Assembly: GCA_963824175.1 (NCBI GenBank)
Contig: CAWGOD010000016.1
Span: forward strand, 43,103 to 107,102
Length of the DNA stretch: 64,000 bases
DNA from: an uncultured Chloroflexia bacterium
Lineage (GTDB): Bacteria; Chloroflexota; Anaerolineae; Anaerolineales; UBA11858
Direction of reading: 5' to 3'
Shown here: piece after piece, positions 57,721-64,000 of the stretch
Position numbering within the stretch: the first letter of the stretch is position 1
Layout: each line of letters opens with the position of its first letter
Made by a program: the position numbers and the translations under genes
The notes under the pieces: model-generated
What the model was told of the DNA's origin: nothing
Database searches by the model: none
Seen by the model: the letters and a program-made list of their open reading frames with translations, nothing else

Positions 57721-60700
57721 ATGGATACAGGCAGCGATCAAAAGAAAACTTCCTGGTTGGATAAACCGGCTTTCTCCAACATCAATATCTCCTGGGAAAT
57801 GATTGTATTTGGGATCATCCTCCTGCTAGCAGTCCTTTCCCGTTTTTATGACTTGGGAGCCCGCGTTATCAGTCACGACGAAACCTCCCATGTATATTAC
57901 GCCTGGCGCTTGTTCAAAGGGATGGGTTACAGTCATGATCCCATCACACACGGACCTTTCCAATTTCACTTCCTGGCTCTGATCTATTTCCTATTGGGAG
58001 ATAACGACTACTCAGCCAGAGTCCCGGCAGCGATCACCAGCGTAGCAGCCATCATTTTCTTATGGAAATACCGCCGTTACCTCGGCAGCTGGGGCACACT
58101 GGCTGCTTCCCTGATGTTCTTAATCTCACCGTTCCTGCTCTATTACGGACGCTACACCCGCAATGAAGCTTTTTCCGTCCTCTTTGGAGTGATCACCCTA
58201 TGGGCCATTTTACGCTGGCTGGAAACTTCCTCCCCACGTTATTTATATTGGTTAACCGCAGCAACAGTACTGCACTTCACCACCAAGGAAACAGCGTTTA
58301 TTTACACAGCACAGGCGATGATATTCCTGGGTTTGGTGTTCATTGTTGATCTGAATAAAAAAGAGTGGGAAAAACCTGGCCAGAAGAAGGTCTTTAATGC
58401 CGGCCTGATCGGTGCCGCGCTGTTCCTGGGTTTAAGCTTCCTGGCCAAATCAATCGCACCAGAATTTCCTATTGCTGATGACCAACCGGCCGGGCTCGAT
58501 CCCATGACCTCGCTCCCCTTGGCGTTGGCAGGACTTACCCTTCTGGGATCACTGATCTCAGCTATCACAGGGTATAAGTGGAAAAACCTGAAAACCCTGC
58601 CTTCCTTTAGCGCATTATTACTACTCGGTACTCTGGTCCTTCCCCAATTAGCACCGTTTCCCTCCAATATGCTGGGAATGGATTCCCTGGATTATTCGCC
58701 CAACGGGATGTTAGTAACCGGCGGCATTATTGTGATCTTAACTGCGATCGCTGTCGCAATTGGACTAGCCTGGAATCGCAAAGAATGGCTGATCAACGCG
58801 GCCATCTTTTACATCCCGTTCACGGTCTTTTACACAACCTTCTTTACCAACGGTACCGGATTTTTTACTGGGCTGGTCGGCTCTTTAGGGTACTGGTTAA
58901 AACAGCAGGTTGTCGAACGTGGAAGCCAACCCTGGTACTACTATTGGCTGATCCAGATCCCGATCTATGAATACCTTCCCGCCCTGGCTGCTATCGCGAC
59001 AGTTATCGGAGTTGGAATAATAAGCATCACTGGAAAATCAAAATCCATTCCTATCCAGCAGGCAACAGCAGACGAAGGTCAGACCAAAGCACCGGTATTT
59101 GCCTTATTGGCGTTCTGGTCCCTGACGAGCCTGATCGCTTACCCTATTGCAGGCGAAAAAATGCCCTGGCTGACAGCTCATATCACTTTTCCGCTGATCC
59201 TGCTGGCAGCCTGGGGCTTCCAGCAAATGATGTCCAAATTTGATTCCAAAGCCTTTGGAAAGAAAAAGGGCTGGCTGGTGATGGGTATGATCTTGATCTT
59301 CCTGGCCGGTTTCTTTGGAGTATTTGGATCTTTACTCTCATCTAATCCTCCGTTCCAGGGAGCTGAGATCTATCAGCTGAAGGGGACAGGGAATTTCCTG
59401 TCGGCTCTGATAATTGCTGGCGTAAGCGGTTATATCATTTGGAAGCTGGTAAAAGATTGGCAGCCTCTTCAGTTCTGGATCTCAACAGCCAACAGCGTTC
59501 TTCTTGTTTTGGTTCTATTAACCAGCCATGCCACCATCCAGGCATCTTATATAAACTATGATGAACCAACTGAATACCTGGTTTATGCCCATGGTGGACG
59601 GGGAATTAAAGACGCCTTGGAACAAATTGAAGAACTGTCATACCGCACTAGCGATGGCCTGGCCATGGAAGTTGCCTTTGATAACGAATCCACTTATCCC
59701 TATTGGTGGTATCTACGAAACTATGAAAACCAAAAGTATTATGGTGAGAATCCAACCCGCGATCTGCGAAACGCGCCCGCAATTCTAGTTGGTAACAATA
59801 ACTACGCCAAGCTGGAACCCGTGGTCGGGAACGCATATTATGAATTCAGATATCAGCGGATTGTCTGGCCCAATCAGGATTATTACAACCTGACCTGGGA
59901 ACGAATTGGCAATGCCATAAAAGACCCGAATATTCGAGAAGGCATTTTCCGTATCTGGCTGCTCCGTGATTACCAAAAATATGCCGAAGCTACTGGAAAA
60001 ACCATCAGTCTCGCCAATTGGAGCCCGGCTGATGAGATGAAGCTCTATATCCGTAAGGACGTGGCAGCCCAAGTCTGGAATTACGGCACCCTGGATTTCT
60101 CCTCTGCTCAGATAATAGATCCTTATGAAGGAAAAGAACTCATCATGGCCGCGGAACACAGTATTAGTATGACAGACATGGTCTCTCCCCGCAACATGGA
60201 GCAAGCCCCGGATGGCTCACTTTACATCCTGGATACCGGAAATCACCGGGTTCTGCACATGACCACAGATGGACAACAGCTCAATAGCTGGGGTGAATTT
60301 GGTTCCGCAGATGGAGGAGACGCCGCACCAGGGCGATTTAACGAACCCTGGGGTATTGCCATCAGCCCTGAAGGAGAGATTTTCATTGCTGATACATGGA
60401 ATCACCGCATCCAGAAATTCGATGCCGAGGGAAATTTCCTGACAAGCTGGGGTCATTTCGGACAGAGGGAATCATCAGACGCATTCTGGGGTCCTCGCGA
60501 TGTTGTCGTTGATCAGAATGGCCATGTCTATGTTTCCGACACTGGCAATAAACGGATCGCGGTTTTTGATACACAAGGAATCGTTCATCACCGAATTCGG
60601 TGAAGTCGGTTTTGGCGATGGCCAATTTGATGAGCCTTCCGGACTGGCGCTGGATATAGAAGGCAATCTTTATGTGGCGGATACCTGGAATCAACGAATT

Positions 60701-61033
60701 CAGGTCTTTTCGCCTGATGTCGATGGTATAGCTCAGTATTTCATCAATAAATGGGATGTGGAAGGCTGGTATGGGCAGTCGCTGGACAACAAACCCTACC
60801 TAACAGTCGGAACAGATGGCTTCATCTATGCCAGTGATCCAGAGCTTTCCAGGATCATCGTCTACACTCCTCTCGGAGAAGTGATCGCGACCTGGGGTAC
60901 AGAAGGTATTGATCCCACTAACCTGTACTTCCCCACCGGGATCAGCGCCGCTGAGGATGGCGGGGTTTGGGTCAGTGATACCAAGAACAACCGCATCCAG
61001 TACTTCAATAATCCATTCTCAACAGAAGAATAA
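57721..61033 (+). CDS. Large membrane protein: N-terminal GT-C-type (PMT_2/TIGR03663-like) multi-pass domain fused to C-terminal NHL-repeat beta-propeller, frame-disrupted near 60580
   Basis: The start overlaps the rluB end (TAATTATG). The N-terminus SRFYDLGARVISHDETSHVYYAWRL...GPFQFH is typical of the family. NHL repeats (ILDTGNHRV, IADTWNHRIQKF, VSDTGNKRIAVF | VADTWNQRIQVF, VSDTKNNRIQYF) continue in track ORF 60500-61033. Length is 3n+1. Confidence 0.75.
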
Positions 61034-61054
61034 ACCCTTCGTTTTTTCATATAA

Positions 61055-61084
61055 GCTCCCGGAGTTTTAATACACTCCGGGAGC
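61055..61084 (+). terminator. Hairpin after the GT-C/NHL gene (GCTCCCGGAGT-loop-ACTCCGGGAGC), weak U-tract
   Basis: Perfect 11-bp stem 22 nt after the stop. Confidence 0.5.
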
Positions 61085-61205
61085 CAAAATATCTCAAAAG
61101 GAATCCTGCGTTAATAACAGACTCTTTTTGGTAATAATTTCAATCAATAAGTCATCTAAATTGCATCAACAAGATAATTTTATTAGTGGAAATGCTGGAG
61201 AGACC

Positions 61206-62162
61206 ATGTCTGAGAATTTGAGAGATGAAATAACCCCCCAAAAAAGATATGCTACCCGAAAAGAATTCCTAAAAACCATGGGAGTTGTGGGTGTCAGCGC
61301 AGCTGTCTTGGCTGCCTGCCAGGATAAACCCTTTATAGCTGGGGAAGACCTGCCAACACCCGGAATCACTCCTGAACCCAGTGGCGTGGGTTTGATAGAT
61401 GACCTGGGAGATCCCGCAACCCCATATAATGATGTCATCAGTTACAACAACTTTTACGAGTTCACAACTGATAAAGAGGGTGTTGTAAAACTATCCCAGG
61501 ATTTCCAGTCCTCTCCCTGGGCAATAGAGGTCGGTGGCCTAGTTGAAAACCCCGGCCCTATCACTATGGAGGAAATCCGGGAACGTTATACCACCGAAGA
61601 GCGAATTTACCGCATGCGCTGTGTGGAAGGGTGGTCAATGGTCATCCCCTGGCAGGGATTCCCACTCGCTAAGTTGCTAGAAGATATCAAACCTAAACCG
61701 GAAGCTAAATATGTCCGGTTTGAGTCTATTTACGATCCCAAATCACTACCCGGCCAAGGAAATAAGTATTTCCCCTGGCCTTATGTAGAAGGGCTGCGAA
61801 TGGATGAGGCTTATCATGATCTTACCTTGCTGGCAACTGGCTTATATGGAGATGATTTATTACCACAAAACGGTGCCCCCATCAGGTTAGTAGTACCCTG
61901 GAAATACGGTTTTAAGAGCATCAAATCCATCGTTAAGATTGACCTGGTTGAAGAAATGCCAGTTTCACTTTGGATGGAATCCGCACCAAATGAATATGGA
62001 TTTTACGCCAATGTGAACCCCAATGTTGATCACCCTCGTTGGTCCCAGGCTACAGAACGGCGCATTGGCGATCTTTCTCGCCGAGATACCTTGATGTTCA
62101 ACGGTTATGAAAAAGAAGTAGGATCACTTTATGAAAACATGGACCTTGTTAAAAACTTCTAA
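61206..62162 (+). CDS. msrP: Protein-methionine-sulfoxide reductase catalytic subunit MsrP (molybdopterin-dependent)
   Basis: Contains YNNFYEFTTDK, YRMRCVEGWSMVIPWQGFPL, GAPIRLVVPWKYGFKSIKSI and HPRWSQATERRIG. The ATG at 61206 follows GGAGAG (the track ORF starts earlier in frame). Confidence 0.92.
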   Translation: MSENLRDEITPQKRYATRKEFLKTMGVVGVSAAVLAACQDKPFIAGEDLPTPGITPEPSGVGLIDDLGDPATPYNDVISYNNFYEFTTDKEGVVKLSQDFQSSPWAIEVGGLVENPGPITMEEIRERYTTEERIYRMRCVEGWSMVIPWQGFPLAKLLEDIKPKPEAKYVRFESIYDPKSLPGQGNKYFPWPYVEGLRMDEAYHDLTLLATGLYGDDLLPQNGAPIRLVVPWKYGFKSIKSIVKIDLVEEMPVSLWMESAPNEYGFYANVNPNVDHPRWSQATERRIGDLSRRDTLMFNGYEKEVGSLYENMDLVKNF

Positions 62163-62778
62163 AAACTGGAAGGATCTAAAAAAACCACTCGCGTCGATCC
62201 TTCACCTTGCTGTGCATGTCGGATCTGCCATACCACTGTTGGTGGGATTATGGGATTTCTGGCAAAGAAACCTGGGCGCTAATCCTATTCAGGAAATAAC
62301 TCACCGGACTGGCAAAACAGCCATCTTGCTTTTGATCCTGTCTCTGGCGGTTTCCCCCTTAAGGCAACTGCTGAAATGGAACCAGATCAACAAACTCCGC
62401 CGTCCGCTGGGATTGTGGGCAGGTTTTTATGCTTTAGTCCATTTTTCCATCTATGTGGTGCTGGACTATGGATTTCAGTGGAAAGCACTGTTAGCCAACT
62501 CACTGACCAACTTTTTTATCTTGTTCGGATTCACTACCGGGTTGATTCTGTTAGTACTGTCTATCACTTCCTTGACTTATTTCCTGAAAAAAATGGGGAA
62601 GAATTGGAAAAAGCTGCACCGGTTTGTTTACGCGGCTGGTATTTTGGCTGCTTTGCATTTCATCCTGGCTGTTAAACCTGGCGTTCTACGTCCATGGCCC
62701 TATGCCCTGGCCATGGCGCTCCTGCTTTTATACCGACTACCTCCGGTTCAGGCCTGGGTGAAAAAGGCCATTTTATAG
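62131..62778 (+). CDS. msrQ: Protein-methionine-sulfoxide reductase heme-binding membrane subunit MsrQ
   Basis: 215 aa with LHLAVHVGSAIPLL, ANPIQEITHRTGKTAILLL, RRPLGLWAGFYALVHFSIY and LHRFVYAAGILAALHF. It overlaps the msrP 3' end by 32 nt. Confidence 0.88.
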   Translation: MKTWTLLKTSKNWKDLKKPLASILHLAVHVGSAIPLLVGLWDFWQRNLGANPIQEITHRTGKTAILLLILSLAVSPLRQLLKWNQINKLRRPLGLWAGFYALVHFSIYVVLDYGFQWKALLANSLTNFFILFGFTTGLILLVLSITSLTYFLKKMGKNWKKLHRFVYAAGILAALHFILAVKPGVLRPWPYALAMALLLLYRLPPVQAWVKKAIL

Positions 62779-62844
62779 TTAACTGAGAGACTTTCCGTTT
62801 TCTAAATCTATTTTGTCATATCTTTTATAGGATGCTCATCATAT

Positions 62845-62874
62845 TCCCTTTTCCGGTTGGAAAAGGGATTTTTT
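62845..62874 (+). terminator. Rho-independent terminator after msrQ
   Basis: TCCCTTTTCC-GGTT-GGAAAAGGGA followed by TTTTTT. Confidence 0.8.
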
Positions 62875-62931
62875 GTGCATGGTATAATCTCCGCGCAATG
62901 GCTTATTTCAAGTCTGGGAGTTTATCAATAT

Positions 62932-64000
62932 ATGAAACTTCATGAGTATTATTCCAAGAGGATATTCGGCGAATACGGCATCCCCATCCCACCCGGGGAG
63001 CTGGCCAAAACTCCAGCCGAAGCCCTAAAGATCGCCAAAAAAATTGGTTTTCCAGTCGTGATCAAATCACAAGTTCTAGTAGGAGGTCGCGGAAAAGCCG
63101 GTGGAATCCGTGTGGCAAAAACCTCTCCTGAAGTTAAGAAACATGCTGAAGATATCCTGGCTCTAACAATCAAGGGTCTACCAGTGCGTATGGTACTTGT
63201 TGACCAGGCCGCGGATATCAAAACCGAAATCTACCTGGGAATAACCAATGACCGGGCAGCTCGTAAACCGGTAATCATGGCCTCAGCCGCAGGTGGGGTG
63301 GATATCGAAGAAGTAGCCCACAAAACCCCTGAGAAGATTATAAAGTGCCATATCGACCCTCTGATGGGGCTGCAGAGCTACCAATCCCGGGATCTAGCAG
63401 CAGGTATCGACCTGCCCCGGGAACAATGGCGGGCTTTTGGGAAAATTGCCCTAGGTCTGTGGAAGGCGTACATGGGAAGCGACGCCACCCTGGCGGAAAT
63501 CAATCCACTGGTTATTACAGGGGATGGTGAACTATTAGCTGTAGATGGAAAGATGGTGTTGGATGACAACGCCTTATTCCGTCATCCAGATCTGGAAGAA
63601 CTCCGCGACCTGGATGTAGACCAGGAAGCTGAGATCCGAGCTCGGGAGCACGGACTTTCCTTCATCAAATTGGATGGCGATATCGGCTGTATGGTCAATG
63701 GCGCTGGCCTGGCTATGACCACGATGGACATAATCAAGTTATTTGGCGGAGAACCTGCCAACTTCCTGGACATCGGTGGTGGTGCCAGCGCAGATAAAGT
63801 AGCTTCCGCACTGGAAATCATCCTCTCCGATTCCAACGTCAAAGCCGTCTTATTTAATATCTTTGGCGGCATTACCCGCTGCGACCTGGTTGCCAAAGGC
63901 ATCCTGGAAGCACTCAGTGAGGTCAAAACCAATGTTCCCATGGTAGTGCGGCTGGTCGGTACCAACGCTGCCGAAGGGCGCCAGTTATTAAAAGATGCTG
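62932..64000 (+). CDS. sucC: Succinyl-CoA synthetase beta subunit (5' partial; continues beyond the window)
   Basis: My own translation from ATG 62932: [25 protein letters not shown]...[20 protein letters not shown]...[19 protein letters not shown]...IGGGAS...[10 protein letters not shown].... It is absent from the ORF track because there is no stop before the window end. Upstream there is a TGGTATAAT extended -10 at 62878-62886. Confidence 0.92.
   Translation, partial: MKLHEYYSKRIFGEYGIPIPPGELAKTPAEALKIAKKIGFPVVIKSQVLVGGRGKAGGIRVAKTSPEVKKHAEDILALTIKGLPVRMVLVDQAADIKTEIYLGITNDRAARKPVIMASAAGGVDIEEVAHKTPEKIIKCHIDPLMGLQSYQSRDLAAGIDLPREQWRAFGKIALGLWKAYMGSDATLAEINPLVITGDGELLAVDGKMVLDDNALFRHPDLEELRDLDVDQEAEIRAREHGLSFIKLDGDIGCMVNGAGLAMTTMDIIKLFGGEPANFLDIGGGASADKVASALEIILSDSNVKAVLFNIFGGITRCDLVAKGILEALSEVKTNVPMVVRLVGTNAAEGRQLLKDA

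Overview
This 64 kb window is mostly ordinary chromosomal housekeeping DNA with strong GGAGG-type ribosome-binding sites. Gene content suggests a Chloroflexota/Anaerolineae-like or related Gram-positive-type lineage, but that is a low-confidence inference. I count about 62 protein genes. They include selB, folK, rsmA, an M29 aminopeptidase, a heterodimeric ABC exporter pair, cca, hpt, tdk, rpmE-rpmA-rplU, a four-subunit 2-oxoacid:ferredoxin oxidoreductase, ppdK, a GH13 amylase, recX-rny, a tryptophanase-family lyase, DDAH, deoD, plsX, a class II aldolase, rsmD, a ChlI-like AAA+ ATPase, UDP-glucuronate decarboxylase, scpB, rluB, msrPQ, and the 5' part of sucC. sucC runs off the window end and is therefore absent from the ORF track. 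RNA genes are tRNA-Ser(GGA), tRNA-Leu(GAG) and the small SRP RNA (ffs). I found no transposase, integrase, CRISPR array or recognisable defence island.

The dominant technical observation is that about 18 genes are split by single-base indels. One gene also carries an in-frame TAA, and one is an internally deleted remnant. Most of this looks like assembly error rather than biology, and it must be resolved first.

The items I consider most worth follow-up are:
- an orphan folK-linked trio of very divergent antiporter-like membrane proteins, next to a pure coiled-coil protein
- ribosomal protein L31 fused to an RNA-polymerase-alpha-CTD-like domain
- a roughly 400-nt promoter-to-hairpin non-coding region where recA would be expected upstream of recX-rny
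- several families of short intergenic repeats: REP-like hairpins, nested inverted-repeat mini-elements and tandem heptamers, some of which flank accessory genes

I did not find a clear-cut novel multi-gene system.
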